A stretch of DNA of 64,000 nucleotides, from the NCBI GenBank assembly GCA_002269645.1, contig NIVC01003413.1, forward strand, positions 1 through 64,000, read 5' to 3'. Positions 26,001 through 41,000 of this stretch are shown here, in pieces (the stretch's first letter is position 1; every line of letters starts with the position of its first letter). The translations under genes were made by a program, and so were the position numbers. The notes beneath the pieces are model-generated. The model ran no database searches. It worked only from the letters and a program-made list of their open reading frames with translations, and had not been told where the DNA came from. Origin of the DNA: Macrostomum lignano (taxonomy: Eukaryota).

Positions 26001-29000
26001 TTGGGGCCCTGTGAATCCCAGATCGCACTTGCACTCTTCACGGTGATAGTAAGCTGCAATTGTGACGGGTGAAGGGGTGAGTGAAAGAGTCAGTTAGTCA
26101 GTCAGTCAGTCAGTCAGTCAGTCAGTCGGTCAGTCATCCACTCACTCAAGTCAGTCAGTCAGTCAGTCAGTCACACTCACTCAAGTCAGTCAGTCAGTCA
26201 GTCAGTCAGTCAGTCAGTCAGTCAGTCACACTCACTCAAGTCAGTCAGTCAGCTACTCACCCGTGTCGTCAGCCATGCCGCAGTCAGGGCAGCAGCGGCC
26301 CCTGCTCCCGCAGTTGCACACCACAATCCTGGGAGTCCACACCGTGACGGCTCCGACCTCGTCCACCACCGCCAGCTGCAGTTTGATGTCGCCTCGCCAG
26401 TTGTCAACGGGCTGCCACACGAGCTGCCAGCTGCCGCTGGCTCCAGCCTCCAGCTTCGCGGTCCCCCCGACGGCCTCCAGCACGGTGACATTCGGTGAGG
26501 CGCCGTCGGGATCCGTCACGGAGAAGGTGACACTGACACTGTTGTTGCCGTTCACTCGCAGCTGGGCCGGGGCGCTCACGAACTGTGGTGGTCGGTTGGC
26601 CAGGACGACCCGGGTTCGAGTCTCGTCTCGAATAGCGACGGCCGCGTCTTGAGCGGCTGCGACCGAGCGAAGCTGAGCGGCGTCGAACATGCAGGTGAGG
26701 TAGGAGGAGCCGCGGCACACCTGCCATGGGAGAAGGCAGCCAGAGGGTCAGTACACAAATATAGCCTGTAATGCAACTTGTCAACTTCTAAATGAAGGAA
26801 TAAAATTTGTAACTCTTCCCTAATATTTTCATATTGGCTCGTCATAAATTCCACCTGTCCTTTCTACTCACCTCTTCCGAAGCGTTCTTGAGCTCCGCGT
26901 TCCCGCCGAACAGCGCCAGCATGTTGTCTTTAAAGTCCTCGGCAAAGGCCGGCACGAAGCTGAGATTGCAGAAGTCAGCTCGGCCCTTGCCAGCCGGGTA
27001 GTGCAGGTAGCTCGGCTCTGAGCTGTTGAGTCTCCAGCTGTTCCCGAACTCAAACAGCCGCCTCTCGGAGCTGCCAGCTGGCAAGACGCTGCCGTTTCTC
27101 AGTCTGAATCCGCTCGCATTGCTGTTGCCTAGCAACCCGTCCAGTCCGCTCGGGTATTTTCCTAACAAGTCCAGTTGAACGCCGACTCTGAGCGAGCTCG
27201 TCTCCATGGTAACGGTGACGCTGACGCCGGTAGACTCGTCGACAATGTCGATGGTGCTGTTGTCGGGGACCTCCAGCCGGTAGCTGTCCAGTCTGGTCGC
27301 GTTGCTCAGCGCCGCCAGCTCGCCCCTGACGCTGCCGATCCGACGTCCGTCGCTGCTGAAGACGTCGAGGTCGTCGGAGCTTTCGTTGCGGATCACCGAC
27401 ACGGCCAGCTCGTTGAGGCCGGACTTCAGCGCGACGCCGACGAAGGCCGTGGCGGCTCCACCGCTGACTGGCGCGGTGCGCGCTTGCAGCCGCAGCGTCG
27501 GTGAGTTCGGCCACCGCTCGCTGGTGAGCAGGTGGTACTCGCAGTGACCGTTGAATGTGTAGCTGCGGTTCGAGAGCGTGCTCAGGTGGGGGTCGCCTCG
27601 GTTGAAGCCTGGACATCGGAGGTGAATAAATAAATTAAGTACTCAAAATATGTGTGCTCAGAGCTAAAGTTACAGCAAATCAGTTACCTCCAACAGGTGG
27701 CTGGTAGTTCTTGCTGGTGCACACGGGTCTTACGGCAGAATAAGCGGCCATCATTCCGGCCGCTGAGCAGACTCTTAGGCCGTACAACTCATTTTGATAC
27801 TGGTGAGAGCCGAAGCCAAATCGAAAACTATCAGTCGTCCAATGCCGATAAAAGTACATTGCGTGTCTGGCGCCGTCTGAGCTGCTGCTAATGAGGTGAC
27901 CAGCTACAAATGATTATGTTTTTTTTAATTCAGTGGACTAACTCTTAATATTTATTGTACCATCAGCTTTGAGTTATTCAAACTTTTACGGTCAAGTTCT
28001 GACTCACTGGATGGCATGCTGAACATGATCCGTCGCAAGGCAGCTCTCACTTTCCAGAGGTCATCACTTCTACGGCACAGCTGACTGATTTCGCTGCCAG
28101 CTGCTGCCGATGACATTCTGTAGCAGCATGTGGTCGAAACCAGTTGGCTGCACCGTCGGAGCTGGCAGGCCCAAGAATTATAAGGTCTACATCTGCTCCC
28201 CATGTACCTGGACCTTTGTGCGCACTGGTAGCTGGTGTTGCGGAAACACATCCGGGTGCTGTCACCTGAGCACTCAAACTCGTACGGACTGTACCGCTTG
28301 TCAAGGACTGCCGTGCGAAGATCGAAGGGACAGTCGGAGCAGCCTGGAAATATAGAGCGGCTCTGGTTGGCTCTGGCGGCTGCGATCCAACTGCCGCACT
28401 CAGATAAAACCCTTTTCCCGATGCTCAGCACGTGGCGTCCGGGTCTTCCCGAACTTCCGGGACTCAGGTTGGGCAGCTCGGGCCAGTCTGGGCGCAGGCT
28501 GAATGGCAGCTCTTTCCGAACGAAAAAATTATCCGTAAATCCCGAGAATGCCATCAGGTTCAACTTTTGAGAGCTCCAGTTGAGGATTCTCGGCACAGGC
28601 AGGTGGAAGTCGCCGTAGTTGAAAATGGCGTATGAGTGAGTCTCGTTGCGCGTTACAACTGCTTGGAACTCGATGCTCTGAAATTGCATGCAGTAAGCAA
28701 TTGTGCTCGATTGAGAAAGAGCTGAAAAGCTTGATTTGCGGTCAGCTCTTCAAAGACGAAAAAAGTTTAAATTCGTTACTTGTTGCTTCGTTTTGACTGC
28801 TTTGCACGATAGCTTTCGTTTTAATTGCCAAATACTGCCCATTATGAGCGTTTAAGTTTGGGCTTCTAAGCAAGCAGTGTAAATTCGTGATGTTTTTTTT
28901 GGACTGCCTTGCGTGATAGTTTTATTAATGACCAAAGCATACCAATTTTTAGCACTTCCGGTGTTAGGCGTTACAAACTCTGCGTGCTTGCAGTCTCTGG

Positions 29001-32000
29001 CCGGAGATCGCAAGACAAAGTGGCTCTGCTTTGCGATCTCCAGTTCCGGACAACGTAAGGCATAACATAATTCGCGCCTTGCGTTTTCCCTGATTTGGGA
29101 TTTCCGCGGGTAAAATGTACATGAGTGGTGTACAACCACGGAGATGAAACTCTGTCAAATAATTATTGGTTGCATGTGCAGGAACTTACGCGGCCTTATA
29201 TGCAAACAGCTAAAATATATGTTTACTTAGCAGGGTGAGCTCTAAGTGTAATGGCGGAATGTATACTTCTTTCTCTCTGATTCTCAGTGTATTTTAAAAG
29301 CTATTTAATTAAGAATTTAGAAGGCTGCAAATGTGAATGATATACTTGTGCTTTCAAGTTCAGACAGACATGGCAAAGGCGGCTTTAAACCTAGTGTTTC
29401 TTTATTCATTGAACAACGAGTACGTCGACATTCCCGGAGACTTGCCAGCTGTCGGATTGTTACTGTAACTCGTGTTATTCCCTTTCTCAGTGAACGTACA
29501 AGCCCTGTGACTCCGCCCCACTCTAATGCGTGCCTAGCCAATCATATTTATTCTAGTACCCACCACCCCATCTCACTCCTGCGTGCGACTCAATAAATGT
29601 ACTGCACTAAACAATATAAATATATGGACGCTGTCGCAAGCCAAGAGGCTTTACTTTTCACGCTTCTCACAACAAGCACTTTGCCTCGCAGAACACATAA
29701 CTCCACACCAGCCAAAGGGAAGGACAGTTTGAAGCGCAAAATTTGAGAAAGAATAAGCCTTTTCCTTCCAAGACGGTCAATCGTTCTACAAAGTGAGAAA
29801 CCGGAACTGCAGCAAGAAAAGGCACCCAGAACAGCCGCGGCGTGTGCGTTTTACGAAGGATGAAGTCAGGAAAAAGATCAAAACACTGCACGTCGAGTCA
29901 TGTCACATGGGAATAAAGAACCCCATTAGCCTCTTTACCGCGCGATTCTACCAATTGTAGAGTCGGTAGTAAAGTCGTGCAATAGATGTGAGAAAAAGAG
30001 CAAGAAGTTCACTGGCAAACAGCGTGAAATACATCCGACGATTGAGGTGCCTACTGACGCTTAACAATTGTTCGGCTTCCTCTCCTTGGATTGCTGAGAA
30101 TGGAGCTCGTTAGATCCTGACTATATGTTGTCTCCTCTCCTGCGTAGAGCCCTCCTCAGGCTCAACCGTAGAGACCTCAGAGCAGTTAGCATGGCCCTCT
30201 CCGGGCATGGCTGCTTCTCTCGCCACCGCTTCCTTCAGTGCCAAGTACCCGAGGAGCGGTGCCCCTTCTGCCGCTCAGGCAGTGAAAACGCCGAGCACTT
30301 TATCTGCCACTGCCCGGTTTTCACCAGGGCCAGGTTCACTCACCTCGGGCCAAACCCGGTTCTCTCCGACTTTTGCAGGCCCGAGAGCATCCCGCTGCTC
30401 GCCCGGTACCTCAGGGACACGGGACGAGCTGATTTCTTCCCCACCGTCGGTGAGGAGGACCGCGCTGCAGGCGAGACCGACGGGTCCCCCTGAGAGACAT
30501 CACTTCAACGGAAGTCATTGGTCGCCAGGGGCTAGCGGAATGGGCGGTCTCCTCCGCCTCCTCCCTGCATCCGCCGGACGCCCCCTGCAGCTAAGCCAAG
30601 AAAGTCAAAGACTATATGTTGCAAATTTACTAAATTTGCAGTTAGTAAATTTGCAGTTTTGCGCCCAATACCAAATATTCAAGCCGACACGATTGCTCGA
30701 GAGAACTGAAAAGCCCATTTGGCCTTTTTGGCTGGCCTCGCATTCTTCTGAGTGATCAGGGCAGGGTATTCGGGAACTCCATCATCGAGGCTTTGCTACA
30801 GGAGGGCGGTACGGAAAGACGAGTAACGAGTGTTTACCATACTCAGACGAATGGACAAACTGAGAGGCTAAACCAAATGTGCCTCAGCCTGCTTCGCAGG
30901 GTTTGCAACTCCCCAACTGACATTAACTGGGATCGGCACCTGGACGCAATTCAACTTGCTTACAACAGCTATTCGACGACTCTGGCTTCGCCTTTCAGTG
31001 CTGTTTTTGGCTTTGAGTCTCTGCTTGGAAGCGATGCGGGGACTGCGCTCGGCCAGCCTGTGTCGCCTCCAGCATCAATTCAACGGCAATGGCGTGGAAA
31101 AAAGACCAGCAGCGCGCAACTGTGGCCTCCAGGTTGGCGGCCAGAATCAAAATTTCCCAGCAGCGAATGCGGGAATGTCACGTGAGGATTGCCAAAGGAG
31201 TGGAGACAATCAAACCTCGACTGCATGCTAGAGTTCGAAATTACCGGCGCGTAGATTGAAAAGTGGAAAACTTCTGTCCACCTAGAGCGACTGCACGCAC
31301 CTAGTGCGCAGAAGCGTGGGACGAATGGTCTACCAGTTGGCTGGCCTAAAGAGCTGTGTCAATGAAGTACATTTAAAACGATGGATAACGCAGGCCGAAC
31401 CTAATACTAGTAGTCGAAGTGCTTCCCCAATATTCTGGTGACTTTAACTAATTGAACTAACTAATTAATTTAACTAACTACGGGCTCGTACTAACGAACT
31501 ACTAACCAACTACACTCGTAATTTAACTAGCTAATTGACTATAAAAAACAAAAACTGCTTCTTGGAATTTTCGACGATTTAGCATTTACTGCTTCTTTGC
31601 TTTGAAAATATTAAACTGACAAATCGTTCATTGACCGGGACTCCACAATCCAGATATCGCAAAGAAAACCTTAGTTTTTCGGCCAGATATTTCAACCTGC
31701 TTGTGACTTCCAGGGGGGAGTGCAAGTACCCTGGAGAACGCAAAGCAGCTTCAGATATCCACACGGATACTTAAAGATGCTTGAAATATCTGGGGGGACA
31801 TCAAAAAGCACTTGGAATATCCCGGGGCGAGATCCGAAAGTACTTGTACAATCTGGGTGGACAACACAAAACACGGATATCCGAAAGTATAACACCGGTT
31901 TAACATTTGAGTTGCAAGACTACGATATTTTCTGGGTCATTGCCAGCAAACAGAAGTGCAAATTATTTCCGTGGGAATGAGCTCTGTCACTTCGGAGAAA

Positions 32001-35000
32001 TTTCCCCACTTACAGCATTTGCCTTGGCTCGAGAACACAGGCCCAGGCAGAGGTCGAGCCAGCCGTTTTTCTTGTCCCAAGCTTGCCAGGAAGTACAGTT
32101 CGAGACGCAGTCGAATCGGTTCCCATAAGGCAGTGACGGCGTCAGAATGCGCCAAGTCACGATGAGCGCCGTGAGAGGGTTGAACTTGGACCGAATCTCC
32201 TGCTCGATGATCTGCTTGACCGCGCGCCAGTTCGAGCTAGAGCTATGGTTCCTCGAATTCAGCAGCTCGAAGGAAACCTTCGGAGTCCAATATCTCCGGT
32301 AGTAGTTGGTGGCAGGCTTAACGAACCAGTAAGGCGCCACGACGGCTCCAGTAAAGTTGATTTTGGCCGAGGTGGAGTTGTATGGTAAATGCCTCAGGCG
32401 ATAACCAGAGAAACTGATTGCTCCGTATTGGCTAACCTAGGGTGTTGAGAGTATTTTTTCACATTAGGTACATAGAAAAAGATAAAAACACATCAAAGAA
32501 GTTGATTAAAGCTGCGAATTCCCGCCAGCTCAGTAGAAAAAATGTCAACTCGAAGTTACAGTTCAACTCTGTATGCAAAGTAAGATGTTGCGAAGCAGGA
32601 CTCACTCGACAAGACAAGCTTTCCTGACTGCCAATCAGAAAAGGAATTCCATGTGGTGCATCAACGGTGCGACGGTACCAGATACGGGTGTACGAGCTCA
32701 TTCGGGTGTACCGGATACGGGTTGCATTTACTGTCGATAAGAGCATTTGAGCTGAAAAATGCATCCGAGTTTGAGAAAACTTGAGTGACTTCAGCCAAAT
32801 TTAATTATAAATATATCACGTCAACTCACGATAGCAGACAGTCCCGTTGCCATAGTAACCCGGCTTGCAAATGCAATCAAATGAGCCAATCAGGTTGATG
32901 CAGTCGGCATGAGCATCGCATTTGGAGCTGCTGAGACACTCGTCAACGTCTGTAATTGGGTTCAGTTGATGGCCGATCAAATACAAGCACAAGTTTAGTT
33001 ATAATAAGCCGAATTTATTAAAAGTTAGTAAAGTCGAAGGTTTTCACTTACCGGTGCAATTATCAGTTCCGTTTCCTTGAAACCCATCGAAGCAGGTGCA
33101 GTTGTACGACCCCGGCGTGTCGGTGCAGGTAGCGTACAGACCGCAAGGCTTCGAATCGCATTTGCTCACGTCTGCAATGGTAGCATCAGCCGGATAAAGA
33201 AATAAAGAAAAACGGGTGATCAATGGAATCAACAAAACATCACATCAACCTCACACTAGCACACACATCAGATCCACAACAACACACACACGTCAAAAAA
33301 AACAAGAATACACACATGAGACCAGTAAGAACACACATCTGATGCACAAAAACACACAAAAATCCTACCAGAATACACACATTAGAGCCAGTAGAAAACA
33401 CAAACACAAATTATAAAAAAACAACCATCAAGCACACGATAACACGAGTAGAAAGTCTACGACAATAAATTTCAGATTGTGTGAATCTACTGTAATCGGG
33501 TAATCTACTGCGCAACTGCTCACCTTGCGGCTCCTGGCAGTCAGATGTCAGACAGACTTTCACTGCCTGCTCGCATTGGGGTCCTGTAAATCCTAGATCG
33601 CACTTGCACTCTTCACGGTGATAGTAAGCTGCAATGGTGACGAGTGGGTGAGTGAGTGAGCGAATGAGTCAGTCAGTCAGTCAGTCAGTCAGTCAGTCAG
33701 TCAGTCAGTCAGTCAGTCAGTCAGTCAGTCGGTCAGTCAGTCAGTCAGTCAGTCAGTCAGTCAGTCAGTCAGTCAGTCAGTCAATCAGTCAGTCAGTCAG
33801 TCAGTCAGTCAGTCAGTCAGCTACTCACCCGTGTCGTCAGTCAGTCAGTCAGTCAGTCAGTCACACTCACTCAAGTCAGTCAGTCAGCTACTCACCCGTG
33901 TCGTCAGCCATGCCGCAGTCAGGGCAGCAGCGGCCCCTGCTCCCGCAGTCGCACACCACAATCCTGGGAGTCCACACCGTGACGGCTCCGACCTCGTCCA
34001 CGGCCGCCAGCTGCAGTTTGATGTCGTCTCGCCAGTTGTCGACGGGCTGCCACACGAGTTGCCAGCTGCCGCTGGCCCCAGCCTCCAGCTTCGCGGTCCC
34101 CCCGACGGCCTCCAGCACGGTGACATTCGGTGAGGCGCCGTCGGGATCCGTCACGGAGAAGGTGACACTGACACTGTTGTTGCCGCTCACTCGCAGCTGG
34201 CTCGGGGCGCTCACGAACTGCGGTGGTCGGTTGGCCAGGACGACCCGGGTTCGAGTCTCGTCTCGAATAGCGACGGCCGCGTCTTGAGCGGCTGCGACCG
34301 AGCGAAGCTGAGCGGCGTCGAACATGCAGGTGAGGTAGGAGGAGCCGGAGCTGCGGCACACCTGCCAAAGCGGGGAGAAAGCAGCGACGGTCCATGGACG
34401 GTTTTTGGAATGCTTAATAAGTATTTACTAGCAATTTCATAATTTAAAAAATACGGTAGTAAAGCGCTGGCAACAACTTTTGAAATAAAGAAGTGGGTCG
34501 AAAATTGTTCCCGACCGATGCAACCTTTTCATTTAATCAGGAATTCATTGGAGCCATGTCACGACAAACTACGAGCTAGATTTCAGCGTGATTTTACCGC
34601 TACAGGTCGGATTTTATTTGGCTACAAAAAGAATCTTGACCATTTTTTTGACGAACCTTTCCGGAACCTATGAAGAACATTCTCAGGTTAGCCAACCCCA
34701 CTGATCCACATCAGGTCACCTGCACCGTAGAAATTATTGCTTCATCCTGAATACTGCTCATCTGGCACATCTTAATTTCCACCTGTCCTTTCTACTCACC
34801 TTTTCCGAAGTGTTCTTGAGCTCTGCGTTCCCGCCGAACAGCGCCAGCATGTTGTCCTTGAAGTCCTCGGCAAAGGTCGGCACGAAGCTGAGATTGCAGA
34901 AGTCAGCTCGGCCCTTGCCAGCCGGGTAGTGCAGGTAGCTCGGCTCTGAGCTGTTGAGTCTCCAGCTGTTCCCGAACTCAAACAGCTGCCTCTCGGAGCT

Positions 35001-38000
35001 GCCAGCTTGCAGGACGCTGCCGTTTCTCAGTCTGAATCCGCTTGCGTAGCTGTTGCCTAGCAACCCGTCCAGTCCGCTCGGGTATTTTCCTAACAAGTCC
35101 AGTTGAACGCCGACTCTGAGCGAGCTCGTCTCCATGGTAACGGTGACGCTGACGCCGGTAGACTCGTCGACAATGTCGATGGTGCTGTTGTCGGGGACCT
35201 CCAGTCGGTAGCTGTCCAGTCTGATCGCGTTGCTCAGCGCCTCCAGCTCGCCCCTGACGCTGCCGATCCGACGTCCGTCGCTGCTGAAGACGTCGAGGTC
35301 GTCCGAGCTTTCGTTGCGGATCACCGACACGGCCAGCCCGTTGAGGCCGGACTTCAGCGCGACGCCGACGAAGGCCGTAGCAGCTCCACCGGTGACTGGC
35401 GCGGTGCGCGCTTGCAGCCGCAGCGTCGGTGAGTTCGGCCACCGCTCGCTGGTGAGCAGGTGGTACTCGCAGTGACCGTTGAATGTGTAGCTGCGGTTCG
35501 AGAGCGTGCTCAGGTGGGGGTCGCCTCGGTTGAAGCCTGGGGATCGGAGGTTGGTTGTTTGATTTGATGCTTAGTTGCTCAGGCTTTGGTTTGATGCTTA
35601 GTTGCTTAGGTTTTGGTTTGATGCTTAGTTGCTCAGGTTTTGGTTTGATGCTTAGTTGCTCAGGTTTTGGTTTGATGCTTAGTTGCTCAGGTTTTGGTTT
35701 GATGCTTAGTTGGTTAGGTTTTGGTTTGATGCTTAGTTGCTCAGGTTTTGTTTTGATGCTTAGTTGCTCAGGTTTTGTTTTGATGCTTAGTTGCTCAGGT
35801 TTTTTGTTTCGGTGCTTGTAAGATACCTAAAGCTGATTAGCTGCCAAAAGCTGCCATGAGTGAATAAATAAATGAATGGCTCAAAATATATGTAGTCAAG
35901 CAAAGCAGTTACCTCCAGCAGGTTGCTGGTAATCCTGGCTGGTGCACACGGGTCTGACGGTAGAATAAGCGGACATCATATTGGCCGCTGAGCAGATTTT
36001 TTGGCCATGCAACTCATTTTGATACTGCTTAGACCAGAGGCTAAATCGAACACTATCAGTCCTGCCTTGCCGAAAGAAGTACATTGCGTGTCCTGTACCG
36101 TCTGAGCTGGTGCTGATGAGGTGGCCAGCTGCAAATGATTGTTTTTTTAATCAATTGAGAAATACGAAATATATAATTACCTCTTCATTGCTTAGGTTGT
36201 GACTCACTGGCTGAAATGTTGAACATGATCCGTCGCAAGGCAGCTCTCACTTTCCAAAGGGCATCACTTCTACGGCACAGCTGACTGATTTCGCTGCCAG
36301 CAGCTGCCAACGACATTTTGTAGCAGCACCTGGACGACACCAATTGACTGCACTTGTGGAGCTGGCAGGCCCAAGTTTTGTAGGGTCTACAACTGTACCA
36401 TGCACAACCCCTAAGTGTGGTCGAGTAGTACCAACAAAGTCTGTATTTCCTTTCTGCACACTTGAAGCTGCTGTTGCGAAAGCACATCCGGATGCTGTCA
36501 CTGGAGCACTCAAACTCGTACGGACTGTACCGCTTGTCAAGGACTGCTGTGCGAAAATCGAAGGGACAGTCGGAGCAGCCTGGAAAGGCAGAGCTGCTCT
36601 GGTTGGCTCTGGCGGCTGCGATCCAATTGCTGCACTTTAACGAGTCGCTTGTCTGTTGATACCAGCTGCTAAGCTGCAGCACGTGACGCCCGGGTCTTCC
36701 CGAACTTCCGGGACTTAGGTTGGGCAGCTCGGGCCAGTCTGGGCGCAGGCTGAATGGCAGCTGATTTTTAAAGAAAGCAATATCCGTGAATCCCGAGAAT
36801 GCCATCAGGTTCAACGTTGGATGGCTCCAGTTGAGAATTCTCGGCACAGGCAGGTGGAAGTCGCCGTAGTTGAAAATGGCGTATGAGTGAGTCTCGTTGC
36901 GCGTTACAACTGCTTGGAACTCGATGCTCTGAAATTGCATGCAGTAAGCAATTGCGCTTGATTGAGAAAGAGCTGAAAAGCTTGATTTTGCGGTCAGCTC
37001 TCAAAAGACGAAAAAAGTGTAAATCTGTTACTTTTTGCTTCGTTTAGACTGCTTTGCACGTTAGCTTTCCTTTTAATTGCCAAATACTGCCCATTATGAG
37101 CGTTTAAGTTTGGGCTTCTAAGCAAGCAGTGTAAATTCGTGATGTTTTTTCGTTCGGACTGCGTTGTGTTATAGCTTTATCAATTATCTTCGCACTCGCA
37201 AGCATGGGCAGATCTAGTTACGAAAGAAATGCAGGCTTGACACGCTTCGCTTCGACTTTGGCTTCGCTATGAAATAACTATTGAAGCTGAATCTTTGGGA
37301 TCTTATCAGTGACAGAAAATTCTAAAGTAGATGTACAGCTGTGCAAGAATATTTTGCGTCCATTGATACAGGTTTAGTAGCTGAGCTGCAAGAATCCTAG
37401 CAGATGCGCTACAAACTCTTAAATGCCGTTTCAGCCTAAGCTACTAACTACGATATTTTCTTGGTCATTGCCAAAAAACGGAAGTGCAAAATATTTCTCT
37501 GGGAATGAGCTCTGTCACTCCGGAGAGATTTCCCCACTTACAGCATTTGCCTTGGCTCGAGAACACAGGCCCAGGCAGAGGTCGAGCCAGCCGTTTTTCT
37601 CGTCCCAAGCTTGCCTAGAAGTGCAGTTCGAGACGCAGTCGAATCGGTTCCCATAAGGCAGTGACGGCGTCAGAATGCGCCAAGTCACGATGAGCGCCGT
37701 CAGAGGGTTGAACTTGGACCGAATCTCCTGCTCTATGATCTGCTTGACCGCGCGCCAGTTCGAGCTAGAGCTATGGTTCCTCGAATTCAGCAGCTCGAAG
37801 GAAACCTTCGGAGTCCAATATCTTCGGTAGTAGTTGGTGGCAGGCTTAACGAACCAGTAAGGCGCCACGATGGCTCCAGTAAAGTTGATCTTCGCCGAGG
37901 TGGAGTTGTATGGTAAATACGTCAGGCGATAACCAGAGAAATTGATTGCTCCGTATTGGCTAACCTAGGGTGTTGAGAGTATTTTTTCACATTAGGTAGA

Positions 38001-41000
38001 CATAAAGAGATAAAAACACATCAAAGAAGTTGATTAAAGCTGCGAATTCCCGCCAGCTCAGTAGAAAAAATGTCAACTCGAAGTTACAGTTAAACTCTGT
38101 ATGCAAAGTAAGATGTTGCGAAGCAGGACTCACTCGACAAGACAAGCTTTCCTGACTGCCAATCAGAAATGGAATGCTTTGTGTTGCGTTAACAGTGTGA
38201 TTTAGCCGGATACGGGTGTACCAGCTGATTCGGTAGTACCGGATACGGGTTGCATTTACTGTCGATAGGAGCATTTGAGCTGAAAAATGCATCCGGGATT
38301 GAGAAAACTCGAGTGACTTTAGCCAAATATAATTACAAATATATCACGTCAACTCACGATAACAGACAGTCCCGTTGCCATAGTAACCCGGCTTGCAAAT
38401 GCAATCAAATGAGCCAATCAGGTTGATGCAGTCGGCATGAGCACTGCATTTGGAGCTACTGAGACACTCGTCAACGTCTTTAATTGGGTTCAGTTGATTG
38501 CCGATCAAATACAAGCACAAGTTTAGTTATAATAAGCCGAATTTATTAAAAGTTAGTAAAGTCGAAAGTTTTCACTTACCGGTGCAATTATCAGTTCCGT
38601 TGCCTTGAAACCCATCGAAGCAGGTGCAGTTGTACGACCCCGGCGTGTCGGTGCAAGTTGCGTAGAGACCGCAGGGCTTCGAATCGCATTTTCTCACGTC
38701 TGCAATGGTAGCATCAGCCGGATAAAGAAATAAAAAAAAACGGGTGATCAATGGAATCTACAGAGCATGCTGTAGTCGGCTTGTTAGTGCTCGTGCACTG
38801 CTGAGGGGATTGTTTGTTATCGCGTGCACATTGGGGTGAGCGTACCCACCACACCGTTTTAGTTGAAACTCAAAATATAATGGGATGCGCAGTGAGGATG
38901 GACTCACATTTTTTTGGTTACTCAGTCTCAAGACCACGCTCTTACACTTGTGGCAGCGATTTCAAAATGGCCAAACAAGAAAAAAATAGTTTACTGCCTC
39001 CAAAATTTAGAGGCAATTGCAATGTTAGAATGTCTCTTAGCACTTTTAATGACCTCGCCGATGACTGCGAATGGGACGATAAGAAGACGGCAAGGAAGCT
39101 GAAACTGCTGTTGACAGGCGAAGCGCATAATCTTCGTCTGGGAGCAGCCGGCGGATGTGGCAGCCAGCTACGAGCAGCTGAAGCAAAAGTTTATCGAGTG
39201 CTTCGGCAACAGCCTGAGCTGCTACAAGGCAATAGAGGAGTTGAAGAGCGAAAGCGGCAGCCAAACTCGCCTACAACCTCGCCTACTCGCCTGAGGGAGC
39301 TCGCCTACAACCTGAAGCTTCTCCACCTTCGAGCTCGCCCGAACGACTCCGTAGGAGCTTGAAAAAAAGGATGTTCAGTTTCGCCTGATGCGCTTACCCC
39401 CATCGGCCGTGAGAGATGCGCTGCTAAAGGACAAGGACTCTGCCTCGTACTCGCTGGCATCGTCGACCGAGCTGCGCGACTTGAGCTGGAATCTGGCAAG
39501 ATAGGCCACGCGACTCCGGTTGAAGCAGCTGCCGTGGCAGTCAGAGGATAAGCCCGCTCGAGCAGCAGATGCAGCAGCTGACAGCCAGTATCCAAGGAGG
39601 CTCATCCCATATTAACAGGCGTCAAGGTTGGCATCAAGTGCCACAGCTGCTGCAAGCCAGGTCACATCGCCAGGTGGTGCCCGAAGGCTATCAGCTGTCG
39701 TTGCAGCCGGTGCTCAGGCAAGGGCCACACTGCAGCGGTGTGCCCGACTCCAGCTGGCAAGCCGCAGGGAAACTTCTGAGGGTCGGCAGCCTTGAGTCAA
39801 CACCGACCCGCTCTAATGGGGCCCTTGGCGTCGCGCCCTCGGTCCTCGCGAAGGTGCGTCTCGGCAGTTTGTCAGCGCCGGCTCTGCTAGACACTGGCGC
39901 TCAAGTTTCTTTGAAGGATAAGTCCTTGTTCGACAGACTGGCCCGCCAAATCGACTCCACTAGTGTTGATGCCTTGCCGACAGCGGTTGAAGGTTCGAGG
40001 CTGCCCTGCTTCGGCCTTTCGGCAGTGGAAGTAGCAATCGGCAAGATCATCCCACTGCGTCATCGCTTCACTATAGTGGACGGCACCCAGCCTAGCCTGA
40101 TCATCGGCATGGATCTCATCGACCAGATGTCAGAGGCGATGACCGTTGGCTTGAAAGAGGGTATCGTCAAGTTCGATGACACCACGGTGGCTCGGGAGGC
40201 GTAAACCACGGAGCTGCCCTCACGCAGCGAGAAGCTGGTGCGGCTTAAGGTGGATTCCACTGGCGAGCAAGGGCCATTCGAGCCGTCTGACAACTTCGTC
40301 AAGTCGACCGCCACCCTGCCTGCTCGCGTGCTGGTGGTCTCGGACGAGTGTCGCATACCGGTTAAAATGTACATCATCGTCTTCAGTAGGACCCTCGACA
40401 AGCATCTGGTGAGACTGGAGCGCGTTTTTCAACAGCTGCGAGATGCGGGTCTCAAACTGCACAAGGCCAACAGCGTTTCCGGCCATCGCTGGGTGCTGTA
40501 CCTGGAACACCTGATCAGCTAGCAGGGTATTGCACCGGACCCCAGCAAGGTTGAGGTCATTCACATCATGCCTAGTCCAAAGTCCGTCGAAGAGGTGAAG
40601 CGGTACTTAAGCATGCTAGGATTCTACCGCCGTTTCATCGAAAGATTCATCCAGAAGGCGAGAGTCCTGCACGAGGTAGGTGTGAAATCGAGAGACTTCG
40701 CGTGAACCAGCGACTGCGAGCGAGCTTTCAAAGAGCTTAAGGACCAGCTGACGAATGCTCCGGTTCTGAGACAAAGCAGTTTTTGTTACTCACACACTTT
40801 TTTGGTGACTCAGTTTTAAGACAACGCTCCGAACCACATAAAAACATCAGAACTACAAAATAACACACATCGGACCCACAAGAAAACACACATCAATTCC
40901 AAAAGAAAACACAACAGGTGTTAGCAGACACAGAAGAACACGAGTGAAAAGTTTACAAAAAAATCAGGTTTTTGAAACACCTGAAATCCGTTAATTTACT

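Noticed and set aside
31600-31910. Partial palindromes (gatatttcaa/ttgaaatatc, ccaggg/ccctgg) suggesting another MITE
   Set aside because: Arms are short and discontinuous, and no TSD or clear termini were found.
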